Source: an uncultured Phycisphaerales bacterium (GTDB lineage Bacteria > Planctomycetota > Phycisphaerae > Phycisphaerales > SM1A02). Taken from it: a DNA stretch of 64,000 nucleotides. Of this stretch, positions 27,431-37,767 are shown in pieces. Below the pieces are notes generated by a model. That model ran no database searches and was not told the DNA's origin. It was given only the letters and a program-made list of their open reading frames with translations. Where the stretch lies: positions 1 to 64,000 of the forward strand of contig CALKEP010000005.1 in the NCBI GenBank assembly GCA_938084645.1. Reading direction: 5' to 3'. Numbering within the stretch: position 1 is the first letter of the stretch; every line of letters starts with the position of its first letter. The translations under genes and the position numbers were made by a program.

Positions 27431-28758
27431 CCGTCGAGCGAAACGACAAGGAACGCGTCGTCATCACCGGCATGGGCTGGGTCACGCCGCTCGGCTGCGA
27501 CCTCGACACCGTGTGGCGGCGACTGATGGCCGCGGACAGCGGCATGGCGCCGATCACCCGCTTCGATGCCGCGACCTTCCCCACCACGTTCGCGGCGGAG
27601 GTCCGGGACTTCGACGTCGACGACTTCGTGGACGATCCCACGATCCACGCCGATGCCGGCCTCAACGTCCAGTTCGCCCTGGGTGCCGCGCGACAGGCGT
27701 GGACGCAGGCGGGCCTCGCGGCGGGGAGCTTCGATCCGCTCCGGGCCGGGCTCTACCTCGGGGCGGGCGAGGGCGTCCTCGACTTCGACAACTACGCGGG
27801 CAGCAACATCGCCGGCTGGAACGACGAAACGCGTCGTGTCGATGGTGTCCGGTGGGTCGAGGAGGCGCTGAAGACGATGAGCGCGATGCGGGAGATCGAG
27901 CAGGAGCCGAACATGCCGCTGGCCCATCTGGGTCGTGAGTTCGGGCTCCGTGGCCCCGCCTACAACTGTCTGACCGCGTGCGCCGCCAGCACCCAGGCGA
28001 TCGGCGAAGCGACCGACATCCTCCGCCGCGGCGACGCCGACCTGATGCTCTCGGGCGGCACGCACACCATGATCCACCCCCTCGGGGTCACCGGCTTCAA
28101 CCGGCTCACCGCGCTGTCCCAGCACGACGGCGATCCGACCGAGGCTTCGAAGCCGTTCGATCGAACCCGCGGTGGCTTCGTGATGGGCGAGGGCTCCGGA
28201 ATGGTGGTGCTCGAGACCCTCGAGCACGCCCGAAGCCGCGGGGCCACGCCGATCGTCGAGGTCCTCGGGTACGGATCGAGCTGCGACGCCTACCGGATCA
28301 CCGACATCCAGCCGGACGGCCGAGGCGCCGCCGCGGCCATGGAACAGGCGCTCGAGGAAGCGGGCATGACGCCGACCGGCACCGATGCCGACGGTCGTCC
28401 CTGCGTCCACTACATCTCCGCCCACGGAACCGGGACGAAGGAGAACGACTCGATCGAGACCCGCGCCGTGAAGCGGGTGTTCGGGGAGCTCGCGCCGTCG
28501 ATCCCCATGAGCTCGATCAAGAGCATGATGGGCCACCTGATCGCGGCGGCGGGTGCGGTGGAGTTGATCACCAGCGCGATGGCGATCAAGCACGGCATGG
28601 TTCCGCCGACGCGGAACCTCCACCATCCCGACCCCGATCTCGATCTCGACTACGTGCCCAACGAGGCCCGGGTCGCCCAGGTCGACGTCGCGCTCTCCAA
28701 CAACTTCGGGTTCGGGGGTCAGAACGACACTCTCGTGATCTCCCGGTTCGAGGATTGA
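27427..28758 (+). CDS. Beta-ketoacyl-ACP synthase II (FabF-like), catalytically complete
   Basis: TACAAS (Cys), YISAHGTGT (His), KSMMGH (His) and SNNFGFGGQN. ATGA overlap with the upstream KS. Confidence 0.93.
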   Translation: MTVERNDKERVVITGMGWVTPLGCDLDTVWRRLMAADSGMAPITRFDAATFPTTFAAEVRDFDVDDFVDDPTIHADAGLNVQFALGAARQAWTQAGLAAGSFDPLRAGLYLGAGEGVLDFDNYAGSNIAGWNDETRRVDGVRWVEEALKTMSAMREIEQEPNMPLAHLGREFGLRGPAYNCLTACAASTQAIGEATDILRRGDADLMLSGGTHTMIHPLGVTGFNRLTALSQHDGDPTEASKPFDRTRGGFVMGEGSGMVVLETLEHARSRGATPIVEVLGYGSSCDAYRITDIQPDGRGAAAAMEQALEEAGMTPTGTDADGRPCVHYISAHGTGTKENDSIETRAVKRVFGELAPSIPMSSIKSMMGHLIAAAGAVELITSAMAIKHGMVPPTRNLHHPDPDLDLDYVPNEARVAQVDVALSNNFGFGGQNDTLVISRFED

Positions 28759-28764
28759 CCGGCG

Positions 28765-29427
28765 GTGGCCGCCGGGTCGAAGACATCTCGAACCCGTCGT
28801 CGTCGGATCATCGCCGCGGTCGCCGGTGGCGCATCGGTGCTGGGCCTGATCGCGGCCGGGCTCGCGCTCGTCGGCCCGGCATGGTGGTTCCCCGCCACGG
28901 ATGACCCGCAGGTCGCCATTCGCGGAAACGCGATCGAACAGGGGATCGCCTCCACGGTGACCCGGGTTCGTCAGGATGCCGCGCCCTGGGGATTCGCGAT
29001 CGGCGAGGACGATGTCAACGACTGGCTCGCCTCGAGACTCGATCCCTGGCTGGCACACGACGATCGCTTCCGGCTTCCCGCGGGCTGGACCGATCCGCGG
29101 ATTCGCTTCGACGAGGACGCGATCCGGCTCGCGGTGCGATCACCGGCGGGACCGGTGGTGGTCTTCGATCTCGTCCCCAGGCTCGAGTCGACGGCGGTGA
29201 TCCTCGATCTCGACGGCACGTCGATGGGGCGGCTGCCCGTCCCCGACTTCCTTTCGAATCCGATGCTGCCGGAGTCGCTGTCGGTGGACGGCGGTCCGGA
29301 CCGGGCTTCGCCGGGCTTCCTGAACCTGCCTCGAGACTTCGAGCTCGGCGACGGTCGGCGGATCCGGATCGAGGATCTCGAAGTCGTGGCCGGCGAGATG
29401 GGGATCCGCTTTCGAACCCTGCCCTGA
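28765..29427 (+). CDS. Hypothetical membrane-anchored protein
   Basis: Basic N-terminus plus TM helix, followed by a periplasmic-like domain (EDDVNDWLASRL). Starts 6 bp after the KS stop. Confidence 0.7.
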   Translation: MAAGSKTSRTRRRRIIAAVAGGASVLGLIAAGLALVGPAWWFPATDDPQVAIRGNAIEQGIASTVTRVRQDAAPWGFAIGEDDVNDWLASRLDPWLAHDDRFRLPAGWTDPRIRFDEDAIRLAVRSPAGPVVVFDLVPRLESTAVILDLDGTSMGRLPVPDFLSNPMLPESLSVDGGPDRASPGFLNLPRDFELGDGRRIRIEDLEVVAGEMGIRFRTLP

Positions 29428-29609
29428 CCGTCGGAGATTCCGCGCGACGGTGGACAGGCATGATCTTCTGGTCGGGTCGGGAATCGACCGAATCTCCAGA
29501 GTCGAGCCGGTCAGTCGACGCGATCGGCCACGTTCTCCGATGATGCGAACGTTGGTTCCAGCGTTCCTTCCCCGTTCCCGAGACCATCCCCGCCCGAGCG
29601 AGGCACTCG

Positions 29610-32462
29610 ATGCCGGCACATCCCACGCCGATCCATCTGGGATTCCGATCACCGCTCGCGACCGCCGCCTCGATCCTGCTCGATCGACCGACGGACGTGC
29701 TGGGTGAGGTCGACCTGTCGCGGGTGCTGGTCGTGGTTCCCGGCGGGCGGGCGGGTCGTCAGTTGCTGCTGGCGATGGTCGTCGAAGCCGAGGCGCGCGG
29801 CATCCGGTTCGTCCCGCCGCGCACCACGACGCCGTCCGAACTCGTCTTTTCGATTCGCGGTCGCCCGGATCAGGCGGTGGCGGACCGTCCGCTTCACCGT
29901 GGCGTGCTCGCCGGCGTCCTCGGTGCCGCCGACGCGGACGATCTTGCGGGCGTGATTCGTCCCGATGCCGATTGGATCGAGCGTTTCACGGTCGCGGATG
30001 CGTTGCTCGACGCGGATCGCATCGTCGCAGCGGCCGGACACGACTGGGGAGACGTGGTCTCGACGGTCGAACGGTCCGTGGAACTCGGTGGCGAGTCGGA
30101 TCGATATCGACGCATCGGTGCCCTCCTGACCCGGGCCGAAGCCGATCTCGGAGCCCTGGGGCTGCTCGCACCCGAAACGGCGAAGCGTCGGCTGATCGAG
30201 GAGGCAACACCGGAGACTCGAGGATCCGCAGCGCTCGACGCGCCGGAGGAGATCGTCCTGCTCGGCGTCGTGGATCTGTCGGCCCGGGACGAAGCGGTGC
30301 TCGCAGGAGCCACGGTCCACACGATGATCCTGGCGGAGGCGGTCGAGGATGGCGACGACCGTCGTTTCGACGCGGTCGGAAGACTGGTCCCCGCGTCCTG
30401 GATCGCGACGCCACCGGTGATTCCCCTCGAGTCCCTGCGGATCGAGGACAAGCCGATCGACGAGGCCGAAGCGGTGGTCGAGATGCTCGTGGAGGAGGCG
30501 AGCACCACCGAAGCGGGACGCCTCGATCCGGAGTCGGTCGCCATCGTGGTGGCGGACGAGTCGGCCGCCGAGTCGTTTCGGCGCGAGATCGAAGCCGCAG
30601 GCGCCACCGTCCACCTCGCCGGCGGCCGGGCGTTTGCGCGAAGCGGGCTCGCCCGCACGCTCGGGACGCTCGCGATCCACCTGGAGCGAAACGACTCGGA
30701 CGGATTCGGTCGTCTGGTCGCGGATCCGGCCTTCGCGGCCGCGATCGGCCGGCGACTCGACGGCCTTGATGCGGCCGCCGCGTGGTCCCGCTGGTCCGAA
30801 TCCGACATGCCGCGTCCCCTCGCCGAGGGATGGCCGGGCGACCCGGAGACCTGCGAACGCTCGGGTCATGCGGCCGCCCGTCGAACCCTCCACGCCGCCG
30901 ATGCGGTTCTCTCGGACATCCTCGCACCGCTCGGCGACGCGGAGACGGACCGACTCGATCGAATGCTCACCGGACTGCTCGAGGTCCTGCAACGACTGGA
31001 CGACGAGGACGCGGCGGGACTCTGGTCGGAGGAGATCCTCCGCGTGGTGCGGGACGCGGTCGGCGGCCTCGTTCCGCTTCCGGCGGAACTCCAGCCGAAC
31101 GTCACCGCGGCCGAGGCGATTCGACTCCTGCTCCGCACCCTCGAGCAGGCTCGACTTCCCGATCCGCCGGATCCGGCCGCGATCGAGACCATCGGCTGGC
31201 TCGAGGCGCCGTTCGATCCGGCGGGACGCGTCATCGTCACCGGCTGTCACGATGCGGCGCTGCCGGGTCGGTTCACCGATCCCGTCCTGCCGGATTCGCT
31301 CCGGGCGACGATGGGTCTCGAGGACGAGGCGCGTCGGCACGCCCGGGATCTCTGGGTGCTCTCCACGATCCTGGGTCGCGACCCGGACGCCCGTTTCCTC
31401 GTGCCGCGGCGCGATCCCCGGGGCGAACCGCGGGTGCCGTCCCGACTGGTGTTCGGGGACCGGGGGCCCGCCCTGGCGGAACGCGTCGTCGAGGTCTTCA
31501 CGAAGCCTTCGGCCCGGAACCGCGGCGGCGTGGGCGTGTCGGGGTTCGGTCGGCCGCGACCGACCTGGGCGGACGAGGGGGCGCGAACCGTCACCATCGA
31601 TCGACTCTCGGTCACGGCCTTCCGCGACTACCTCGCGTCGCCGTATCGGTTCTGGCTGAAGCACGTGCTCGGCCTCCGTGGCCCCGAACCGGTCGGTCGC
31701 GAACTCGATGCCCGGACCTTCGGCACCGTGCTTCACCACGCGGTGGAGGTGTTCGGAAAACAGGACATCGTGCGACTTGCGGCGGGCGAGCGGCCTTGCA
31801 CGGATCCCGATCGGATCCACGACGCCATGGTCGGGGCGATGTCGGACGCGATCGATCGCATGTGCGGATCCAGCCGGGGCGCGGGACTTCTCCTGCAGGA
31901 GCGGATCCTCACCGCGCGACTTCGTGAGGTCGCGAACCGACAGGCGGAACTCGCGCGGGATGGCTGGCGGATCCATGCGGTCGAAGACCGGCTCGATGCG
32001 CTGCTCGACATCCCGGGTGAAGCGCCGATGCCGGTGCGGGGACGGATCGATCGCATCGATCATCATCCCGAACTCGGCTGGCGATTGATCGACTTCAAGA
32101 CCTCCGATTCCGGCAAGACGCCGGATCGCAGCCATCGCACCAGGGACCGCTGGATCGATCTCCAGCTGCCGCTCTATCGCGGCCTCCACGCCGGGACCCT
32201 GCCCGACGCGCCACCGCCTTCGGAGGTCGCCACGGGCTACTTCCTCGTCACCGCGGACCCCGGGAAGATCGGCTTCGCGCCGTCCAAGAAGATCGACGAG
32301 TTGCACGAAGAGGCGATGGACATGGCGCGGGAGGTCGTGCGAAACATCCGTGACGGCAACTTCGATCTCACCGGCGATCCGCCGTGGGACGGAGATCCCA
32401 TCGCGCTCGTGCAGCGGATCCGGTCCCTCGGTGTCGAGGACGACGGGGAGGGCGAGGGATGA
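29610..32462 (+). CDS. AddB/RexB-like PD-(D/E)XK nuclease subunit
   Basis: VVVPGGRAGR N-terminus, LSVTAFRDYLASPYRFWLKHVL, FGTVLH, RGRIDRID..LIDFKT and DLQLPLY. Translationally coupled to the helicase. Confidence 0.85.
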   Translation: MPAHPTPIHLGFRSPLATAASILLDRPTDVLGEVDLSRVLVVVPGGRAGRQLLLAMVVEAEARGIRFVPPRTTTPSELVFSIRGRPDQAVADRPLHRGVLAGVLGAADADDLAGVIRPDADWIERFTVADALLDADRIVAAAGHDWGDVVSTVERSVELGGESDRYRRIGALLTRAEADLGALGLLAPETAKRRLIEEATPETRGSAALDAPEEIVLLGVVDLSARDEAVLAGATVHTMILAEAVEDGDDRRFDAVGRLVPASWIATPPVIPLESLRIEDKPIDEAEAVVEMLVEEASTTEAGRLDPESVAIVVADESAAESFRREIEAAGATVHLAGGRAFARSGLARTLGTLAIHLERNDSDGFGRLVADPAFAAAIGRRLDGLDAAAAWSRWSESDMPRPLAEGWPGDPETCERSGHAAARRTLHAADAVLSDILAPLGDAETDRLDRMLTGLLEVLQRLDDEDAAGLWSEEILRVVRDAVGGLVPLPAELQPNVTAAEAIRLLLRTLEQARLPDPPDPAAIETIGWLEAPFDPAGRVIVTGCHDAALPGRFTDPVLPDSLRATMGLEDEARRHARDLWVLSTILGRDPDARFLVPRRDPRGEPRVPSRLVFGDRGPALAERVVEVFTKPSARNRGGVGVSGFGRPRPTWADEGARTVTIDRLSVTAFRDYLASPYRFWLKHVLGLRGPEPVGRELDARTFGTVLHHAVEVFGKQDIVRLAAGERPCTDPDRIHDAMVGAMSDAIDRMCGSSRGAGLLLQERILTARLREVANRQAELARDGWRIHAVEDRLDALLDIPGEAPMPVRGRIDRIDHHPELGWRLIDFKTSDSGKTPDRSHRTRDRWIDLQLPLYRGLHAGTLPDAPPPSEVATGYFLVTADPGKIGFAPSKKIDELHEEAMDMAREVVRNIRDGNFDLTGDPPWDGDPIALVQRIRSLGVEDDGEGEG

Positions 32463-35400
32463 TGCACGACCCGCAGGGTGAACTCGAATTCGTGCCGGAT
32501 CCCGGGGTCGGGGCCGACCTCGATGCGACCGAGTCGTCGGAGATCGCGGATGCCGGGATCGATGCGATCGGTGACGGTCCGCGGCACCTGCGGATCCTCG
32601 CCTCCGCCGGCACCGGAAAGACCTTCCGGCTGGTGGGCCGTTTCCTCGAACTGGTCGATCGTGGGGTCGAACCCGAACGCATTCTCGCCACGACCTTCAC
32701 GCGGGCGGCGGCGGGGGAGATCCGGGATCGGATCTTCCGCGACGCCGCGGCGCTGGTGGTCGATCCCGAGAAGCGGGAGGAGGCGATTCGCGAACGTGGA
32801 CTGGCGCGGTCGACGATGGCGGCTGCGGAAGCCGCGTCGCTGCTCGAGCGACTGGTGAAGGCGATGCCGGGCCTGCAGGTCCGGACCCTCGACAGCGTCT
32901 TCGCCTCGATCGCCGCGGGCCTCGGTCCGGCATCGGGCATTCCCGCGGGGGCGCGACTCGTCGAGGCGGACGAATCCGCCGCGATCCTTCGAGACGCGAT
33001 CGATGTCACGGTGTCCGAGACGGACGCGGACGCGATGCTCGAGACGCTCGAGACGCTCGGTTCCCGCGGCACCAAGGTCACGATCGTCCCGGTCGTCGAA
33101 CGCGCCGTCGCGAACCTCCTCACCCTGCATCAGGAATCGACCGCGGATGCGTGGGACTGGTCCGCGCCGCCGCGCGACGACGAGGATCTCGCGCGGATTC
33201 GCGACCTCCTGCTGGACGAGAACGCCGCGAAGGCGTGGACGGCGGGCGTTCGAAAGGCGACGACGAAGATCGCGCGGCTCATCGACGAGGTCTGTGCCCG
33301 CGACGGCGGCGGGTGGATCCTCATCGCGAAGGAGACGATCATCAAGGCCGCGGTGAACGGCGTCGACTATTCGAGGAAGCCCGTACCCGACGAACTGGTG
33401 GCGCCCCTTCAGGATCTCGCCGTGCATGCGGCGGCGGGAAACCTCCGGAACATGGGTCACCGGACGGCGTGCATCCGTGACCTCCTCGGTCGGATCGGAC
33501 CTCGGATCGCCGATCTCAAGCAACGGAACCGCATCGCGGAGTTCGACGATTTCACCCGCTCGCTCGACGCCCTTCGGGGCGGAGCCGGTCCCGGTGATCT
33601 CGAGGAGCTCTGGTATCGACTCGATTCCCGGATCGAGCATCTCCTGCTCGACGAGTTCCAGGACACGTCCGCGACGCAGTGGCGGGCGCTTCGCCCCATC
33701 GCGTCCGAGATCGCGAGCGTCTCGGACGGCACGCGTTCGCTCTTCGTGGTGGGTGACGTCAAGCAGTCGATCTACGGCTGGCGTGGCGGTGACCCGCGGA
33801 TCCTCCGCAATCTCGAACGCATCACGACCGAGGGGGAGATCGAATTCGTCGAGGAGGAGCTCGAGAAGTCCTTCCGTTCGAGCCCGGCGGTGATCGAACT
33901 CGTGAACACGCTCTGCGGCGAGATCGCCGGGGATCCGGCGCTGCTGGAGCATGCAGGCGGCGCCGCGGCGGCGTTCGGCGAACTGTTCCGCGAACATCGG
34001 ACCGCTCGGACTTCGCTCGACGGCGTCGCCACCATCGAACGACTGCCCGAGCCCGACGCCGACGCCGGTGAGGATGATTCGATGATCCTCGCCCGGGGCG
34101 CCGCGGAGGCGGCGCAGCGGCTCGTCCAGCGACATGGTCTCGAGGATGCGGAGGGACGTCCGACCGTCGCGGTCCTGGTGCGGGCGAACAAGCGGATCGG
34201 ACCGATCGTCGAGGCGCTTCGCGGGCTCGGGATTCCGGCGACCGGTCGGGGAGGTGGATCGCTCCTCGATGCGGAGGCGGCCACCGTGATGATCCAGGCG
34301 ATGCGACTCGCGGCGGACGTCCGCGATTCGCTCGCGGCGGACGATCTCGCGCGGTCGCCGCTCGCCACGGTCCTCGGTGTTTCGAGCCCCACGGCCGACG
34401 AACCGCTGCCGATGTCCGAGCGGATCGGACTCTCGCGATCGCTTCGCGATCGGTTCTCCGAGGATGGGGTCGCCCCCGTGATCGATGGGTGGCGGCGACG
34501 GCTCGAGCCGGATCTCACGGTGCGGGAGACGGTTCGCCTTCGACAGCTGGTCGAGATCGTCGAGGGACTCGAGGCGGATCCGACCATCGCACGCGGACCC
34601 GGCGAGCTCGCGGCGATCCTCGGTTCGGTGGTGGTCGAGGATCCGGGGGGCGAGGGCGTGGTCGTCATGAACATCCACCAGTCGAAGGGCCTGGAGTTCG
34701 AGGGCGTGGTGGTGACGGATCTGGCGGGCGACCTGTTCCGGAGTCCGGAAGTGGCACGATCCACGCCGGCCCTGCCGACGACGGCGATCGACCGGGTCGC
34801 GACCTGGTACGCCGAAGAAGCCCGCCCGGAAGACGCCCTCGGGATCCATCGCGAGACGACCGATCGCATCGTGCTCGAGGCGTTGTGCGGGTTCTACGTC
34901 GCGTTGACGCGGGCGTCGCGCGATCTCGTCGTCCAGGTGCCGCCCGCGAAGTTCGGGGCGAAGAACGAAGAACACAAGAAGAGCCACTTCTCGACCGCGG
35001 GCATCGTGCGTCGAGCGATCGGCATCGCCGATCCGCCGGATGACGATGCCGCGGATGTCGAATCCGGTTTCGAGTCCGAGGTGTCGCTCGAGCCGCTGGA
35101 GGCGATCGAGGTCCATCGTGCCCGGGCGTCGGTCGAGCGTGACGCCTCGCCGACCGATCGACCCGATCGAGCGGCGTGCGCTCGTCCGAACCTCGTCGTC
35201 GAACGTCGGTCCCGACGACGGCGTGCGGTGGCGGTCAAGCCGCCATCCTCGTTCCACGCCGACCGGTCGGAACTCTTCCGGGTCCGCGGTGCGGACGCGG
35301 CGGACCGAGGGACCGCGATCCATGCGTGCTTCGAACGCATCGAATGGGCCGCCGACCTCGACGTGGTCGGGGACGACGTCCTCGACGCCCGGATCCGGAA

Positions 35401-35833
35401 CGCGGTACCGGGTCGGCTTGAAGCCTGGCGAGCGGACTGCATCCGCGACTTCCGGGCGGCGTGTTCGAGTCCGGCGATCCGGGCCCTGCTCGACCGGCCG
35501 GGAGACGACGCCGTCGTCCGTCGCGAACGACGGTTCGTTTCGGTCGGGCCATCCGGGGTCCAGCAGGGGTCGATCGATCGGCTCGTCCTCCGTCTGGATC
35601 CCGAGGGGTCGACGACCGGGGACGGGGTTCGCGAGGCGTGGATCGTCGATTTCAAGACCGACCGGATCGAGGGTGATCCGGATCAGGTGGCGGCGACGCT
35701 GCTCGCGCGTCATGCGGAGCAGTTGACCGGGTACCGGGAGGCGGTGGCGGCGATCTACGAGCTGCCCGTGGCCAAGGTCAGAGCCTCCGTGGTCGGGATC
35801 GACGCCGGGGTCGTGGCCGACCTCGCGGACTGA
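32459..35833 (+). CDS. AddA/RecB-like UvrD helicase-nuclease
   Basis: ASAGTGKT, TFTRAAAGE, LLLDEFQD, VGDVKQSIYGWRG, HQSKGLEF, YVALTRA and C-terminal nuclease GSIDRL..IVDFKT..QLTGY. Confidence 0.92.
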   Translation: MMHDPQGELEFVPDPGVGADLDATESSEIADAGIDAIGDGPRHLRILASAGTGKTFRLVGRFLELVDRGVEPERILATTFTRAAAGEIRDRIFRDAAALVVDPEKREEAIRERGLARSTMAAAEAASLLERLVKAMPGLQVRTLDSVFASIAAGLGPASGIPAGARLVEADESAAILRDAIDVTVSETDADAMLETLETLGSRGTKVTIVPVVERAVANLLTLHQESTADAWDWSAPPRDDEDLARIRDLLLDENAAKAWTAGVRKATTKIARLIDEVCARDGGGWILIAKETIIKAAVNGVDYSRKPVPDELVAPLQDLAVHAAAGNLRNMGHRTACIRDLLGRIGPRIADLKQRNRIAEFDDFTRSLDALRGGAGPGDLEELWYRLDSRIEHLLLDEFQDTSATQWRALRPIASEIASVSDGTRSLFVVGDVKQSIYGWRGGDPRILRNLERITTEGEIEFVEEELEKSFRSSPAVIELVNTLCGEIAGDPALLEHAGGAAAAFGELFREHRTARTSLDGVATIERLPEPDADAGEDDSMILARGAAEAAQRLVQRHGLEDAEGRPTVAVLVRANKRIGPIVEALRGLGIPATGRGGGSLLDAEAATVMIQAMRLAADVRDSLAADDLARSPLATVLGVSSPTADEPLPMSERIGLSRSLRDRFSEDGVAPVIDGWRRRLEPDLTVRETVRLRQLVEIVEGLEADPTIARGPGELAAILGSVVVEDPGGEGVVVMNIHQSKGLEFEGVVVTDLAGDLFRSPEVARSTPALPTTAIDRVATWYAEEARPEDALGIHRETTDRIVLEALCGFYVALTRASRDLVVQVPPAKFGAKNEEHKKSHFSTAGIVRRAIGIADPPDDDAADVESGFESEVSLEPLEAIEVHRARASVERDASPTDRPDRAACARPNLVVERRSRRRRAVAVKPPSSFHADRSELFRVRGADAADRGTAIHACFERIEWAADLDVVGDDVLDARIRNAVPGRLEAWRADCIRDFRAACSSPAIRALLDRPGDDAVVRRERRFVSVGPSGVQQGSIDRLVLRLDPEGSTTGDGVREAWIVDFKTDRIEGDPDQVAATLLARHAEQLTGYREAVAAIYELPVAKVRASVVGIDAGVVADLAD

Positions 35834-36051
35834 GATCGCTGGGAACGGGGTTTCGGAGCCCGGCCTCGTGAGTCCGACGTCCTGAACCCGGCCCGGCAAC
35901 ACCGATTTCGACCTCCGTCATCGACGCTCGAGGAACCCCGATCCGGAGGCCGGAGGGGCCCGAATCCGGCGTTCTTTCGGGGACGCCTCCTTCATGGGCC
36001 TGATACCATCCAAAATCGTCTTTGAGTGCCTCGTATCGACCGGAAAACCGC

Positions 36052-37710
36052 ATGCCCTCGATCACCATCAATGGCCAGGCTCACGACTTCGAGCCCGGTG
36101 AGACCATCCTGCAGATCGCCCTCCGCAACGAGGTCGAGATCCCGCACTACTGCTATCACCCCGGTCTCTCGATCGCCGCCAACTGCCGGATCTGCCTCGC
36201 CGAGGTCTGGGCCCCGAATCCCCGGAACGAGGGGAAGCTCGAGGCTTGGCCGAAACTCGTCCCGACCTGCCAGCAGACGGCATCCGACGGCATGGTGATC
36301 CACACCGACAGCCCCAAGTCGGTCGCGAACCAGAAGCAGGTCATGGAGCTGCTTCTGATCAATCATCCCGTCGACTGCCCGGTCTGCGATCAGGCGGGGG
36401 AGTGCCACCTTCAGGACTACTCCTATCAGTACGGCCGGGGTGAGAGTCGATTCCGCGAGGACAAGAACAAGCAGCCCAAGAAGAGCATCGGGCCGAACGT
36501 CCTCCTCTACAGCGACCGATGCATCATGTGCACCCGATGCGTCCGGTTCACCCGCGAGGTGACCGGCACCGGTGAGTTGATGGTCGACGGCCGCGGTTCC
36601 ACCGGCCAGATCGACGTCTTCCCCGGGATGGCCCTCGACAACGAACTCGCCTCGAACGTGATCGACCTCTGCCCGGTCGGTGCGTTGCTCGACAAGGACT
36701 TCCTCTTCAAGCAGCGGGTCTGGTTCCTCACCAAGACCCCCTCGATCGACGGCATCACCTCGAGCGGCGACAACATCTGGGTCGAGCACAACGAGGGCAC
36801 CGTCCACCGCATCAAGCCGCGGGAGAACCCCGACCTCAACGACTGGTGGATCACCGACGAGGTCCGCTACGGTTGGAAGTTCGTGCACGACGAGGGACGA
36901 CTTCGTCTTCCGGCGGTCCGAGGTCGCGATCCCTTCGATCCGACCCGGGCGGGCGACGCCTGGCGCGAGTCGCTGGCGGCGGCCAACGACGTGATCGAGG
37001 CCGGCGCCCGTGACGGTCGGATCGGCCTTCTGGTCAGTCCGATGCTGTCCTGCGAGGACGCGTATCTCCTGGCCCAGTGGGTCCGGTCGATCGACGCGGA
37101 CGTGGTCTTCGGCGTCGGACCGGTTCCGGTCGACGGGGAGGACCGTTCCTACGGCGACTACGTGGTGCGAGCCGAGAAGGCCCCGAACGCCCGAGGCGTT
37201 CGCCGGGTCCTCACCGGACTGCTCGGTGGCGAAGCCGGCGGCGTCCTCGAGGCAGACGCCTTCCTCGCCGAAGCGAAGGCGGGCCGGTTCTCGGCGACGG
37301 TGATCACCGGGAACTATGCGAGCGAATGGGTCACGCCCGAATGGGCCGAAGCCGTGGCGGCGAAGCCGTACGTCCTGATCGACACGCTTCCCAGTCGCCT
37401 GGTCGACGCCGCATCGGTGCTCCTGCCGGGCGCCACCTGGATGGAGAAGGCCGGTTCCTTCCAGAACGCCGACGATCGACTGCAGGCGTTCGAGCGGGCG
37501 ATCGCGACCATCGACTACTGCAAGGGCGAGGCTCAGATCGGCATCGATCTGCTCGCGTCGCATGAAGGCCTCGCTCCGGTGAAGTTCGATCCCGAACAGA
37601 CCCGTGCCGAGATCTCGACCCTGCCCGGGCTTTCCGGTTTCCGAGGCGAGATCGTCCGGCCGGAGGCGAAGGTCTCGCTCGACAGCGACATGCTCACCGT
37701 GGATCTCTGA
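36052..37710 (+). CDS. nuoG: NADH-quinone oxidoreductase subunit G-like Fe-S protein
   Basis: IPHYCYHPGLSIAANCRIC, HPVDCPVCDQAGECHLQD, RCIMCTRCVRF and DLCPVGAL, followed by a short molybdopterin-oxidoreductase-like domain (LLPGATWMEKAGSF). Confidence 0.88.
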   Translation: MPSITINGQAHDFEPGETILQIALRNEVEIPHYCYHPGLSIAANCRICLAEVWAPNPRNEGKLEAWPKLVPTCQQTASDGMVIHTDSPKSVANQKQVMELLLINHPVDCPVCDQAGECHLQDYSYQYGRGESRFREDKNKQPKKSIGPNVLLYSDRCIMCTRCVRFTREVTGTGELMVDGRGSTGQIDVFPGMALDNELASNVIDLCPVGALLDKDFLFKQRVWFLTKTPSIDGITSSGDNIWVEHNEGTVHRIKPRENPDLNDWWITDEVRYGWKFVHDEGRLRLPAVRGRDPFDPTRAGDAWRESLAAANDVIEAGARDGRIGLLVSPMLSCEDAYLLAQWVRSIDADVVFGVGPVPVDGEDRSYGDYVVRAEKAPNARGVRRVLTGLLGGEAGGVLEADAFLAEAKAGRFSATVITGNYASEWVTPEWAEAVAAKPYVLIDTLPSRLVDAASVLLPGATWMEKAGSFQNADDRLQAFERAIATIDYCKGEAQIGIDLLASHEGLAPVKFDPEQTRAEISTLPGLSGFRGEIVRPEAKVSLDSDMLTVDL

Positions 37711-37767
37711 TCGGGCCTGGATGCGATGGGATCACCACCCAGGTCGGACGCTGGGAGCGAACGAGAG

